Shown here: positions 18,701 through 28,818 of the stretch, piece by piece | How positions within the stretch are numbered: the first letter of the stretch is position 1 | Layout of the letters: each line of letters opens with the position of its first letter | Translations under genes and position numbers: made by a program | Assembly (NCBI GenBank): GCA_039810425.1 | Contig: JBDHWW010000025.1 | Span: 1 to 43,649 of the forward strand | DNA: 43,649 nucleotides | Reading direction: 5' to 3' | From: Pseudobdellovibrionaceae bacterium | GTDB taxonomy: Bacteria > Bdellovibrionota > Bdellovibrionia > Bdellovibrionales > Bdellovibrionaceae | The notes under the pieces: generated by a model | What the model saw: only the letters and a program-made list of their open reading frames with translations | Told to the model about the DNA's origin: nothing | Database searches by the model: none

Positions 18701-19876
18701 TTAAGCCTTGAAGTTTACGTTAGAAAATTTTTTCTGAAGAATGTGTGCTGAGAAATGGAAGTTTTTAAGCGTTTCTTTAATAAGAATGCTCGTTTTCCCC
18801 GGCGCATCCCCTACATAAGGACTCACCGCTGTTTTTGCTATTGTTTTAAAAGAATCGCTTAGAGCCCGCTGAATAGCGGACTCTATTGAGGTCATTTCGC
18901 AACGGCAACTAATAATATTCAAACCATGGTCACGTCCGTTTTGCCGTTCGCCAATATTTACAACTGGCAAGCCGAAGCTACTTGACTCAATGACACCACT
19001 CGAAGAGTTCCCAATCATCACGTCAAAAGACGCAAGCGCGCTCAAGAATCTGACTTGTCCAAGGCTATCAAAAAATTTGAAACGCTCGGGGCTCTTATTA
19101 CAAAAATCTGCAACTTCAGTATTAATAACTGCATTGTCTGCATCGACATTCGCTTTTGTAAAGACAGCCCGTATTCCGGATTGATTGATAGCCTGCAAAA
19201 GCGCACGAATTTGCGAATGAGAACTTTGGTTCGATAGTGTCACAGGGTGATATGTGACAATGGCAACAGGTCCTGCCAAAGAGAACTGTAAACTGTTTTC
19301 CAACTCAGCCTTTGAAAGCAACTTGCTCCTGTAACAATGATCCAATCCCGGAGCTCCGAAATTAAAAATCCTTTCCGGTGCCTCCCCAAGCTGCAATACC
19401 CGCCGGCGGTGATTTTCATTCGATACAAAGTGAAGCAATGACATTTTTGTAATCGAATGCCTAAAGGCATCGTCAATAGCGCCTTCGGTGACTTCGCCAC
19501 CATGAATATGCGCAATAGGAGTTCTCGTAATGTGGCAGGCAATAGCGGCCCCCATCATTTCATAACGATCGCCGAGGATAACAGTGATGTCTGGCTTAAG
19601 CTCGAGAAGGGCCCTCGCCATTTTGCCAATACCATCCCCCACAGACTCACAAATGTCGCCTGGCTGATCAGATTTTAAAGGGACGTATACTTTTGAGTTA
19701 ATATGAAAACCATCGGCCTCTATAAATTTATAAGTAAGCCCATGACTTTCTAATAAGTGACTACCCGTTGCAATAATCTGGAGTTCCAACTCTGGATCTT
19801 GCACAACCTCTTTCATAAACCAAAAAAGATGCCCATATTCAGCTCTGGAGTCGGTTAATACACATATCTTTTTCAT
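18701..19876 (-). CDS. neuC: Hydrolysing NDP-GlcNAc/bacillosamine 2-epimerase (NeuC/LegG)
   Basis: SRAEYG, LGDRYE, HIHGGE.TEGAIDDAFRHSITKMS, VTYHPVT, GNSSSG..E, NIGERQ.GR. Confidence 0.92.
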   Translation of the reverse strand: MKKICVLTDSRAEYGHLFWFMKEVVQDPELELQIIATGSHLLESHGLTYKFIEADGFHINSKVYVPLKSDQPGDICESVGDGIGKMARALLELKPDITVILGDRYEMMGAAIACHITRTPIAHIHGGEVTEGAIDDAFRHSITKMSLLHFVSNENHRRRVLQLGEAPERIFNFGAPGLDHCYRSKLLSKAELENSLQFSLAGPVAIVTYHPVTLSNQSSHSQIRALLQAINQSGIRAVFTKANVDADNAVINTEVADFCNKSPERFKFFDSLGQVRFLSALASFDVMIGNSSSGVIESSSFGLPVVNIGERQNGRDHGLNIISCRCEMTSIESAIQRALSDSFKTIAKTAVSPYVGDAPGKTSILIKETLKNFHFSAHILQKKFSNVNFKA

Positions 19877-19905
19877 TATGAGCCTATAATGGTTTGAATT
19901 GCCGC

Positions 19906-20904
19906 CTAGATATTAAAACGATCCGCCTTATACTGCGCCAGGTTTTCCGACTTTGCGAACCAGTCTATCGTTTCTGCTAAACCACGTCTAAAGCCCTCAA
20001 GCTTGCCGTATTCAGGTTTCCAACCAAGAAGCCTCTCTGCTTTTCCATTTGCACCAAGTAGACGTTCAACTTCACTTTTTTCTGGGCGCAGACGTTCTTC
20101 TTTTTGCACAATTTTTACCGGCCTGCCCATGACATCAGAAATTTGAGTTGCAAGATCGCCAATGGAAACCTCGAACTCACTAGCTAGATTGATTGTCTCG
20201 CCGTTGATGTTTGGTGCCTTTAGCGCAGCACAGAAGCCCTTAGCCGTGTCCTTAACGTAGTTAAAGTCTCGCGTTGGAGTCAGAGAACCGAGACTGATCT
20301 CTTTATAACCAGCTGCTATTTGACTAATGATCGTTGGGATAATTGCCCGCGCAGACTGACGTGGTCCATAGGTATTGAACGGGCGGATAGTCGCTACTGG
20401 CAACTCAAAAGAGCGATAGTAGCTGGCTGCCAATTGGTCCGCACCAATCTTTGTCGCTGAGTATGGAGACTGCCCCACAACTGGATGCTCTTCTGTGATA
20501 GGTACAAATTGAGCCGTTCCGTACACTTCACTTGTCGACGTATGAATAACTTTTTCAAGCCCAAGATCACGCGCTGCCTGCAAGATATTTAAAGTTCCTT
20601 TAATGTTCGTATCAACATAGGTATCTGGCGAATAATAAGAATAAGGAATAGCAATAAGTGCAGCCAGATGAAGAACAGACTTACATCCCTCCATCGCTTT
20701 TCTGACACCATGAGGGTCCCGGACATCGCCCATAAAAACTTCGATATTTTTCTTCACATCGGCGCTCAAAGAGTCAATCCAACCCCAACTACCAAATGAA
20801 TTATACAGACAGAATGCCTTAACATCGTAACCCTGCTTCAGGAGCTCTTCAACCAAATGTGAACCAATAAAGCCATCGGCCCCAGTAACCAAAACCTTCT
20901 TCAT
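19906..20904 (-). CDS. legB: GDP-GlcNAc 4,6-dehydratase, LegB
   Basis: VTGADGFIGSHL, YNSFGSWGW, HLAALIAIPYSY.SP..YVDTN, QSPYSATK, RPFNTYGPRQSARA, RLRPEKSEVERL. Confidence 0.9.
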   Translation of the reverse strand: MKKVLVTGADGFIGSHLVEELLKQGYDVKAFCLYNSFGSWGWIDSLSADVKKNIEVFMGDVRDPHGVRKAMEGCKSVLHLAALIAIPYSYYSPDTYVDTNIKGTLNILQAARDLGLEKVIHTSTSEVYGTAQFVPITEEHPVVGQSPYSATKIGADQLAASYYRSFELPVATIRPFNTYGPRQSARAIIPTIISQIAAGYKEISLGSLTPTRDFNYVKDTAKGFCAALKAPNINGETINLASEFEVSIGDLATQISDVMGRPVKIVQKEERLRPEKSEVERLLGANGKAERLLGWKPEYGKLEGFRRGLAETIDWFAKSENLAQYKADRFNI

Positions 20905-20931
20905 CTCTTTATTCCTTAGTAGCTTTGAGGA

Positions 20932-21690
20932 TTACCATGCGCTCCATCCACCATCAACTGTGATTACTTGACCGTTGATATAACTTGCTGCTGGGCCGAC
21001 TAAAAACGCCGCAACACCGGCAATATCAGCGGGACTGCCCATTTTTCCAGCTGGTGTTTTCTTAGAATAAGCTTTTACGAAGCTCTCGGGCTGCTCATTA
21101 AGAATACCTCCAGGAGCCAAAACGTTCGCACGAATGTTCTTACTCCCATAAACTGTGGCGATATATCTCGTAAGACCGATAATGCCTGATTTAATTGCAG
21201 CGTAAGGTGAGGGATTCTTAATGCTAGTACCGTCGTAAATAGACAAATCTGGGCCCAAAATACCATAAATTGACGCAAAATTAACTAAACTACCTCCGCC
21301 ACTGGATTCCATTTTATCTACAGCCAACTGAGAAAACAAAAATGCAGATCCCATATGCATCTCGACGTTAGCATTCCAATCCCGCATCGTGACATTTTTA
21401 AAATCTAGCGAGCCCCAATTTGTAGTTCGTGGGTACGAGCAATTGATAAAAGAGTATTTTTCGTCATCCCTTTTTTTGAGTTTGGAAAAGAAGTTTCTTA
21501 AATCGACCTCATTACATAGGTCTATCTCAGTAAACATCTCGCCAGGAAGTGGAGGGTGCGTCTGTTGGCGATCTAGTGAATAGACCTCGGCTCCAGAGTC
21601 TAAAAGAGCTCCCGCAATAGAGTAACCTAGAAGGCCCTGAGCCCCCGCCACAATACATACATGCTTTTCCAATGAGAACCAATTTTTCAT
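20932..21690 (-). CDS. ptmA: SDR oxidoreductase, PtmA/ElaC-like
   Basis: AGAQGLLG, NCSYPRT..WG, ASIYG, YAAIKSG..GLTRY, IRANVLAPGGI..QP..F...Y, VDGG. Confidence 0.75.
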   Translation of the reverse strand: MKNWFSLEKHVCIVAGAQGLLGYSIAGALLDSGAEVYSLDRQQTHPPLPGEMFTEIDLCNEVDLRNFFSKLKKRDDEKYSFINCSYPRTTNWGSLDFKNVTMRDWNANVEMHMGSAFLFSQLAVDKMESSGGGSLVNFASIYGILGPDLSIYDGTSIKNPSPYAAIKSGIIGLTRYIATVYGSKNIRANVLAPGGILNEQPESFVKAYSKKTPAGKMGSPADIAGVAAFLVGPAASYINGQVITVDGGWSAW

Positions 21691-22634
21691 AAGCTTTCCA
21701 AGTCTATTACTTTCGTCAGTAAATTGCAGGCCGAAAAAATCTCCGTACTTTCACTTTGTGAATGAAAGAAATCAATCACCCTGCGGAGCTGCAAATCAAA
21801 TAGTTTTTCTCTGGCAACACCCCATGTCTCCGCCTTCTCAGAAATCGTTTCTCCAAAGGTCTTTATCGTGAGTTCGCCAGTCACCAAGTTTCCAGAAATT
21901 AACCCGTCCTCAAAACAAATTTCAAAAGTTCGCCTTGTCTCTCTTCTGAAGTAGTCCAAGTGAATATGACCTATAGTGCCGTTTAAATGCAGCAGAAGGC
22001 TTTCACAAAGGTCGTCCGAATCAATTTCGAGACTACTGACCCTGCTCTTGTATCCCACTACTTTTTTAACGGAGCCAAATAGATATTCGGCGTAGTCAAA
22101 CTCGTGGATCAAATCAATACTCACTCCACCACCCAGTGATTTTCTCGCGCTATAGCAGGTACGATAATCCGTGCCAGGACGCCAACTTGGCAGATAGCTG
22201 CCAACAAAAAGCTGATAACTCAGAACCTTCCCAAATTCTTGTTTCTTGATGAGGTCCCTCGCTCTTTCAATGAGCGGATGGCAACGAAGAATTGTGCCAT
22301 AATAGATACGCATTTGACGGTTTTGAATCAACTCTCGCATTTTCCACACGTCTTCCGAGGTTGAAGCCAGTGGCTTCTCCATGAAGATATATTTGCTACA
22401 TTGGGAGGCTTTATTCAAAGTTTCCAAATGCTCTGATGTCGGATTCGTAATCCATACCCAATCAGGCTTCCACGTACTAACCTCATCCCAGCTATAAAGA
22501 TTTTGAACATGCTCGATCTCGCGAGCAGGCTTTTCAGAACGAAGTGCTGCAATCGAAAATTGGCCTTCATTGCGTAAAAAGGCATCAACATGCTGTTTTC
22601 CGATGGATCCCAAACCAACTATCAAAACTTTCAC
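21687..22634 (-). CDS. ptmF: Gfo/Idh/MocA oxidoreductase, PtmF/ElaA-like
   Basis: VGLGSIG..H, TNPTSEH, MEKPL, GSYLPSWRPG.DYR..YSA...GGGV..DL.HE.DY, HLDY. GTG at 22634 has GGAGG upstream. Confidence 0.75.
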   Translation of the reverse strand: MKVLIVGLGSIGKQHVDAFLRNEGQFSIAALRSEKPAREIEHVQNLYSWDEVSTWKPDWVWITNPTSEHLETLNKASQCSKYIFMEKPLASTSEDVWKMRELIQNRQMRIYYGTILRCHPLIERARDLIKKQEFGKVLSYQLFVGSYLPSWRPGTDYRTCYSARKSLGGGVSIDLIHEFDYAEYLFGSVKKVVGYKSRVSSLEIDSDDLCESLLLHLNGTIGHIHLDYFRRETRRTFEICFEDGLISGNLVTGELTIKTFGETISEKAETWGVAREKLFDLQLRRVIDFFHSQSESTEIFSACNLLTKVIDLESL

Positions 22635-22750
22635 AGATTCCGATCCTCCAGTAGGATCTGTCACGAAACCATAGTTTACCCCTATTAATCAAGACACCAG
22701 TTTTGTGAAGCAGCTTGACAATTTATTCTCGCTCGGATTCCCTAGTTGTC

Positions 22751-23944
22751 ATGCAGTTTAGAAAACCTCTTGAAATTCCCTGCCTCACTGGTATCCGTTT
22801 TTTTGCAGCTTTTGCCATCCTCTGCCACCATTCTCCAGGAAGCATTTTTTACTATCTTCCTTCTTCCGAATGGCGCCAGTTTTTAGCACAATTGGGGGTC
22901 TTTGGAATGTCGCTTTTCTTTGTCATGAGCGGCTTTATTATCCACTACAACTACTTTGATAAAATCGCGCAATTTAGCTGGAAGAACCTTTACAATTTTC
23001 TCATTGCCCGCTTTGCCCGCCTCTACCCTCTTTTTATCGCTTTAGTACTTACGGATATCGCAATTATGCAATTCAGTGGCGCATTTTCTCTAGGTAAGCT
23101 ACAAGCACTGCCGTATTTTTTCACCCTTAGCCAAACATGGTTTTATCAGTTAGTTGAAGGCATTCCGACCTTTATTCCTTTTTCGAGATCAAATGTCACT
23201 TGGTCCATTAGTTCTGAGTTCTTACTTTACGGCTTCTTCCCAGTTATGGTGTATCTCTTTTTAAAAATGCAGACAACAGCAAGATCTGCTGTCGTTTTTG
23301 GGGCCAGCTTAATTTTACAATTTTTTGCAGTTTGGTGGCTTATTCAGCACAAACAAGAAATCGAGCACTGGGCTTTGGAGTTTTTCGGAGAAAGAGCTGT
23401 CGAAACAAATACTCCACCCGTCTACAGTTTTTATACTTGGCTTTCTTTCAATTCCCCATACATTCGTTTTTTTGAGTTTGCAATCGGCTATAGTATTTCT
23501 AATTTTTTAAGAGCAAAAGAATATGGCACACTTGCATATTCAAAAATAATCACTCCTGTGATTTTTATTTTTCTTTGCGCCTTACTTTTGAATCCTTGGC
23601 TTCAGTGGTTTCCTCCAAGTATCATCACATCGTACTTACTAACTCCAGTCATTGGCTTTTTATTGCTATACATGACAACGTTCCCTTCGTTTGTAAGATC
23701 CTTCTTTAGCGTACGCTCGTTCGTCTATCTGGGAGAAATGAGCTACTCGATATACATGGTTCACAATATGGTTTATGCTTACTTCTTACCAACTGGCAGC
23801 GAAGACTCTGCTTTGACTTACTATTTCAAAGCAGATCTTAATTTTATCCACGCGTGCATCGTGATCTTTATTATTTCCTATTTCACTTATACTTACTTGG
23901 AAGTTCCATCGCGCTCCTTCTTAAGGAGAAGGTTAAGCATCTAA
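22751..23944 (+). CDS. Acyltransferase family 3 O-acyltransferase
   Basis: LTGIRFFAAFAILCHH, FFVMSGFII, ARFARLYP, WSISSEF..Y, YLGEMSYSIYMVH, YLEVP.R; likely start ATG 22751. Confidence 0.9.
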   Translation: MQFRKPLEIPCLTGIRFFAAFAILCHHSPGSIFYYLPSSEWRQFLAQLGVFGMSLFFVMSGFIIHYNYFDKIAQFSWKNLYNFLIARFARLYPLFIALVLTDIAIMQFSGAFSLGKLQALPYFFTLSQTWFYQLVEGIPTFIPFSRSNVTWSISSEFLLYGFFPVMVYLFLKMQTTARSAVVFGASLILQFFAVWWLIQHKQEIEHWALEFFGERAVETNTPPVYSFYTWLSFNSPYIRFFEFAIGYSISNFLRAKEYGTLAYSKIITPVIFIFLCALLLNPWLQWFPPSIITSYLLTPVIGFLLLYMTTFPSFVRSFFSVRSFVYLGEMSYSIYMVHNMVYAYFLPTGSEDSALTYYFKADLNFIHACIVIFIISYFTYTYLEVPSRSFLRRRLSI

Positions 23945-23967
23945 TAACTCAAAAAAGGACCTGAAGT

Positions 23968-24612
23968 ATGACGTTATTTATTTTTGGCACCGGCGGGCAT
24001 GCAAAAGTGATCGCAGATATCGTTGAAAAACAAAACGCGTTCAAAACTGTAGCATTCATTGACGAAAAGAACACAGTAAAGAGTCTCTCTGGCTATCCAG
24101 TAATTTTACAAAAAGATCTTGCTCAAGATACCGAAGGTTTTGCTATCGTCGCAATTGGAGATAATTTCACTAGAAAAATTGTCGCTGAAAAAATCATAAA
24201 ATCTTTCCCGCACCTCCGTTTTACAAAGGCAATTCACCCAACGGCCCAAATTGCCTCGAATGTTCACATAGGCGCTGGCACCGTCGTAATGGCTAATGCC
24301 ACCATTAACCCGGACTCAAATATCGAAGAGCACTGTATTGTTAACACCAGTTCTTCGTTAGATCACGATTGCAAAATGGAGTCTTACTCCAGTGTCGCAC
24401 CTGGAGTAATTACGGGTGGAAATGTTTCAATTGGAACAATGTCTGCGATTGGCATCGGCAGCATTATTTCACACGGAAAAAGTATTGCTAAAAATACGGT
24501 GATTGGCGCTGGAAGCCTCGTCATTCAAGACATTCCCGAAAAGGTTGTGGCCTACGGCTCCCCTGCGAAGGTCGTGCGGACCCGCGCAGAGAATGAGCCT
24601 TACCTCAACTAA
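23968..24612 (+). CDS. neuD: NeuD/PglD/LegH-family sugar N-acetyltransferase
   Basis: GTGGHAKV, AIGDN..R, IHPTA.I, hexapeptide repeats, LDHDC, G.PAKV. Confidence 0.85.
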   Translation: MTLFIFGTGGHAKVIADIVEKQNAFKTVAFIDEKNTVKSLSGYPVILQKDLAQDTEGFAIVAIGDNFTRKIVAEKIIKSFPHLRFTKAIHPTAQIASNVHIGAGTVVMANATINPDSNIEEHCIVNTSSSLDHDCKMESYSSVAPGVITGGNVSIGTMSAIGIGSIISHGKSIAKNTVIGAGSLVIQDIPEKVVAYGSPAKVVRTRAENEPYLN

Positions 24613-25934
24613 ACTAATCCTGAAATCTTTTCTAGCTGCTCCAACATGTAATTGATGCGCGCATCTGTCAGCGCAGGATGAACCCCAACCCAGAAAACTT
24701 GATTCATAACTTTATCAGTTTGCACCAAGTCACCATGCACACGGTAGTTTACATTTTTATAAGCCGGCTGACGAATCAGATTCCCCGCGAAGACCAAGCG
24801 AGTTCCAATTTTAGACTCTTCAAGGGTTCTCACCACTTTGTTACGATCAACGCCATCTGCGCAGAGAATCGGAAAACCGAACCAGCTCGGGTTTGTTTCA
24901 GCTGTCGGTTCAATAGGTTTAAATACACGAGACATCTTCTGCGAAGATTTTATTCCATCATAGATCTTCTTCCAATTGTCTCTGCGAGCTTTTACAAAAC
25001 CATCCACCTTACGCAATTGAGCCACGCCAAGCGCCGCCTGCATATCGGTTACTTTCAAGTTATAACCGACATGGGAATATGTATATTTGTGGTCATAACC
25101 TTCCGGCAAATCACCGAGCTGCCAGTCAAATCTCTTTTTACATGTATTATCAACACCAGGCTCACACCAGCAATCACGGCCCCAGTCACGAATACTTTCG
25201 GCAATCTTTTTCAAGCGTCCATCTTTTGACATGACAGCGCCCCCCTCACCCATCGTGATGTGGTGAGCAGGATAAAAGCTTGAAGTTGCGTAATCCCCGA
25301 AAGAACCAACGAGCTGATCTTTAACAGTAGCGCCAAGAGCATCACAGCAATCTTCAACCAGGAACAAGCCTTCTTTTTTACACCATTCTGCTAGAATATC
25401 AGAGCGGTAGGGATTCCCCAAAGTATGGGCCAATACCACGGCGCGAGTTTTAGAAGTTTTTGCTTCCATCACCTTTTCAGGAAGTGCATTCAGAGTATTC
25501 AAATCAACATCAACGAATACAGGAGTCCAATTGTTCTGAATGATCGGATTTACTGTTGTCGGGAAACCAGCGGCAACCGTAATAACTTCATCACCCGGCT
25601 GCAATGGCTTCATACCGAAGTCTGCAAGTTTTGGTGAGCCTAATGCACTGACGGCCACTAAGTTCGCACTTGAACCACTGTTCACGAGCAATGCTTTAGT
25701 TTTGCGGCCGAAATATGGCGGATAGATTTCTTCAAATTCACGCGCATAGCGGCCAGCAGTCAGCCACATATCCAAAGAAGCATCTACAAGTGCCGCCAAG
25801 TCGTCACCATCAACAACCTTCGCTGTCACAGGAATGTAAGTTTCACCAGGAATAAAATCCTTTGAGGGATTTGCTTCGGCAAAAAATTCTTTAGATTTCG
25901 CCACAAGTTCTGTTCTTAGCTGAGTTTTTCTCAT
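24609..25934 (-). CDS. rfbH: CDP-4-keto-6-deoxy-D-glucose 3-dehydrase (E1; RfbH/DdhC)
   Basis: LDMWLTAGR, VNSGSSANL, AHTLGNP, EDCCDALG, SFYPAHHITMGEGG (His in place of Lys), RDWGRDCWC.PG.DNTC Fe-S motif. Confidence 0.95.
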   Translation of the reverse strand: MRKTQLRTELVAKSKEFFAEANPSKDFIPGETYIPVTAKVVDGDDLAALVDASLDMWLTAGRYAREFEEIYPPYFGRKTKALLVNSGSSANLVAVSALGSPKLADFGMKPLQPGDEVITVAAGFPTTVNPIIQNNWTPVFVDVDLNTLNALPEKVMEAKTSKTRAVVLAHTLGNPYRSDILAEWCKKEGLFLVEDCCDALGATVKDQLVGSFGDYATSSFYPAHHITMGEGGAVMSKDGRLKKIAESIRDWGRDCWCEPGVDNTCKKRFDWQLGDLPEGYDHKYTYSHVGYNLKVTDMQAALGVAQLRKVDGFVKARRDNWKKIYDGIKSSQKMSRVFKPIEPTAETNPSWFGFPILCADGVDRNKVVRTLEESKIGTRLVFAGNLIRQPAYKNVNYRVHGDLVQTDKVMNQVFWVGVHPALTDARINYMLEQLEKISGLV

Positions 25935-27019
25935 TAGAGCACTCCGAAGTTATACTTTTTAATCTGTTCAAGCGTCACGTGCTCGATACCATCTGGATTT
26001 TGAAGATATGCTTTGTACCAATCCACAGTCTCACGCAAAGTCATATTCAAATCCCAACGTGGAGCCCATCCCAATTTTACGTGGGCCTTTGAGCTATCTA
26101 ATTTTAAAAGACCTGCTTCATGAGGGTGTGTCCCTTTGGATATTTCAAAGTCCACAGGATCTTGCCAGTGTTTTACGATCAAGTTCAATACGTTTTTAAC
26201 TGGCTGACATTCACTTTCGTTAGGGCCAAAGTTAAAGGCTTCTGCAAAAGATGCTTCTCCAACAAAAAGACGTTCCGTCAGCATCAAGTAACCTGCCACA
26301 GGCTCAATCACATGCTGCCAAGGGCGTATTGCATTCGGGCTACGAATTTCAACTTTTTTGCCCTGGGCAAACGACATAATGATATCTGGCACTAAACGGT
26401 CCTGAGCCCAGTCCCCGCCACCGATGACATTTCCGGCGCGTGCACTTGCAACAGCAACTTGATGATCTTTCAGCTTTTCCACTGGAAAATAGGAACTTCT
26501 ATAGGCGCCCGTGACAAGCTCAGCGCATGCTTTACTGCTAGAGTACGGATCATAACCACCGAGAGGTTCATTTTCTCTGTAGGCCCAAAGCCACTCTTTA
26601 TTTTCGTAACACTTATCAGTAGTAACACTTAAAATCGCGCGCGCAGTTCCCGTTTGGCGAACAGCCTCGAGAACATGGGCTGTTCCCAATACATTGGTTG
26701 CGTATGTTTCTATCGGATTTTGATAAGAATAACGAACCAGCGGCTGGGCCGCCATGTGAATCACAATCTCAGGCTGCACTTCACGCACAATCTTCAAAGT
26801 ATTCTCATAAGAGCGAATATCACCGATATGGGAATGCATTTTGTTTTCAAGCTTCAGCAAAGAAAACAAGTTCGGCTGAGTTGGAGGCTGTAAGGCAAGA
26901 CCATGCAGATCTGCTCCCATACTGAGCAGCCACTGAGACATCCAGCTTCCTTTGAAGCCAGTATGCCCCGTCAACAAAACCTTCTTCTTATTCCAGAAAC
27001 CGGAATTTACTCCCAACAT
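25934..27019 (-). CDS. rfbG: CDP-glucose 4,6-dehydratase (RfbG/DdhB)
   Basis: [56 protein letters not shown]; likely start ATG 27019. Confidence 0.95.
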   Translation of the reverse strand: MLGVNSGFWNKKKVLLTGHTGFKGSWMSQWLLSMGADLHGLALQPPTQPNLFSLLKLENKMHSHIGDIRSYENTLKIVREVQPEIVIHMAAQPLVRYSYQNPIETYATNVLGTAHVLEAVRQTGTARAILSVTTDKCYENKEWLWAYRENEPLGGYDPYSSSKACAELVTGAYRSSYFPVEKLKDHQVAVASARAGNVIGGGDWAQDRLVPDIIMSFAQGKKVEIRSPNAIRPWQHVIEPVAGYLMLTERLFVGEASFAEAFNFGPNESECQPVKNVLNLIVKHWQDPVDFEISKGTHPHEAGLLKLDSSKAHVKLGWAPRWDLNMTLRETVDWYKAYLQNPDGIEHVTLEQIKKYNFGVL

Positions 27020-27777
27020 TTCCAAGGAGCCTTTCCTGATGCCCACAATGATTCCAAGTGATTCTTGTCACGTAATGTATCCATTGGCTGCCAGAATCCA
27101 TCGTGCAAAAACGCACTCATTTGATCCTTTTGCGCCAACGTCTCCATAGGGCCCCTTTCCCAGATGGTTGAATCATCTGGAATCAGCTCAATGACTTTTG
27201 GATTCAGCACAAAGAATCCGCCATTGATATGGCCACTTTCACCATGTGGCTTTTCTAAGAAACTTTCGACCTTGTGACCGTCCAAAGTTATTTTACCAAA
27301 GCGGCCCGGCGGCAGTGTCGCCGTCACAGTCGCAAGTCTTTTGTTTTCACGATGGAACTTGATCAACTCGTTGATATTAAGATCACAAACACCATCACCG
27401 TAAGTGAAACAGAAATCTTCATCACCAAGATACTTGGCAACTCGCTTAAGGCGTCCGCCCGTTTGCGTAGCATCACCCGTTTCAATCACGCTGACTTTCC
27501 ATGGTTCAGAACTGTTTTGATGAACTTCCATTCTGTTGTTTCGCAAATCAAAAGTCGCATCGCTATTGTGAAGGAAATAGTTCGCAAAGTATTCTTTGAT
27601 TACATAACCTTTATAACCGCAGCAGATAATGAAATCATTGATCCCGTAATGGGAATAGATTTTCATGATATGCCACAAAATAGGTTTCCCACCGATTTCA
27701 ATCATTGGCTTTGGTTTTAAATGACTCTCTTCACTAATTCTGGTGCCAAGACCACCAGCTAAAATCACGGCCTTCAT
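27007..27777 (-). CDS. rfbF: Glucose-1-phosphate cytidylyltransferase (RfbF/DdhA)
   Basis: [13 protein letters not shown]...[47 protein letters not shown]. Confidence 0.96.
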   Translation of the reverse strand: MKAVILAGGLGTRISEESHLKPKPMIEIGGKPILWHIMKIYSHYGINDFIICCGYKGYVIKEYFANYFLHNSDATFDLRNNRMEVHQNSSEPWKVSVIETGDATQTGGRLKRVAKYLGDEDFCFTYGDGVCDLNINELIKFHRENKRLATVTATLPPGRFGKITLDGHKVESFLEKPHGESGHINGGFFVLNPKVIELIPDDSTIWERGPMETLAQKDQMSAFLHDGFWQPMDTLRDKNHLESLWASGKAPWKCWE

Positions 27778-27833
27778 AGCTACTCCTCGCCCCTCGGTTA
27801 TATCTAGATTAAAAAGGAAGACTCAAGCTCAAT

Positions 27834-28802
27834 TTACACTTTCCCGCGCTTTGCCGACTGTTTAAAAAACAGGTAACAAATCCCTCCGAGAGCGATCCAA
27901 AATAACCCCAAAATTTGCGACTGTGTAATGATGCTAGCCCCAATAGTCGTTTTCATCCCCATTCTTAAATCAAATAGGTACATATAAACAGCCTGGCCGT
28001 AGCCAATACCTGCCGGAGAGATCGGAATAGCAGTTAAAACCATTCCAATGGGCACACAAAAGAAAAAGACTTCTGTCGGAGCTTCTAAACCCATAAAATT
28101 GGCCATTAATATTAAGCTCGTAATTGTCAAAAACTGAGAAATCAGGCTAATGCCAAGCGCCGCAAAAATGACTCCAGGTTTGTGACGATATTTTTGAACT
28201 GCTTCATGGACTCTTTTAAGCAAAGATAACTGGCGAATCGAGTACAGCTTCTTCAAAATGGGCATTCCGTATACTCGAGTAGATAACATAATACAGAAGC
28301 CACATACCAAACATAAAAAAAGCAGACACAAAATCGCAAAAACTGTGGCAAATTCTCGTTCTCTTAAGAGTTCCAAATTGAAAAAGAAAGATCCGAGTGC
28401 AAATAAAATCATCATCATAAGTCCGAGCAAACGATCCATCAAAAGACTCGTTGCAGAGTCAACTTTTCTATCTACTGCAGACCTATTTAAGTACACACCA
28501 CGTACAATATCACCACTGACACCGCCCGGAATGATTGAGTTAAAAAAAATTCCGATTAACATCAATTGCAGAGATTCATAGTGTGAAATCCTGAAACCTT
28601 GTGACCTATAGAGAATGAGCCAACGCCAATTATTAACAACATACACAAGGCCCGTCACAGTCAAAATGACCAAAACTGGTATAGGTTGAAAGCCTTTGCG
28701 AAGAATAGAAAAATCAAAACTTTGCTTCGAAAATACCCAATAAAGACAGGCAACCGTAACAAAAATCTTAAGTACCAATGGAAAATACTTATATTTTATC
28801 AA
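27834..28802 (-). CDS. Lysylphosphatidylglycerol-synthase TM domain / UPF0104 flippase-like membrane protein
   Basis: RW..L, FFNSIIPGGVSGDIVR, DRLLG, PISPAGIG motifs; about 8 TMs. Confidence 0.8.
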   Translation of the reverse strand: MIKYKYFPLVLKIFVTVACLYWVFSKQSFDFSILRKGFQPIPVLVILTVTGLVYVVNNWRWLILYRSQGFRISHYESLQLMLIGIFFNSIIPGGVSGDIVRGVYLNRSAVDRKVDSATSLLMDRLLGLMMMILFALGSFFFNLELLREREFATVFAILCLLFLCLVCGFCIMLSTRVYGMPILKKLYSIRQLSLLKRVHEAVQKYRHKPGVIFAALGISLISQFLTITSLILMANFMGLEAPTEVFFFCVPIGMVLTAIPISPAGIGYGQAVYMYLFDLRMGMKTTIGASIITQSQILGLFWIALGGICYLFFKQSAKRGKV

Positions 28803-28818
28803 AACTCAACTCGCATAC

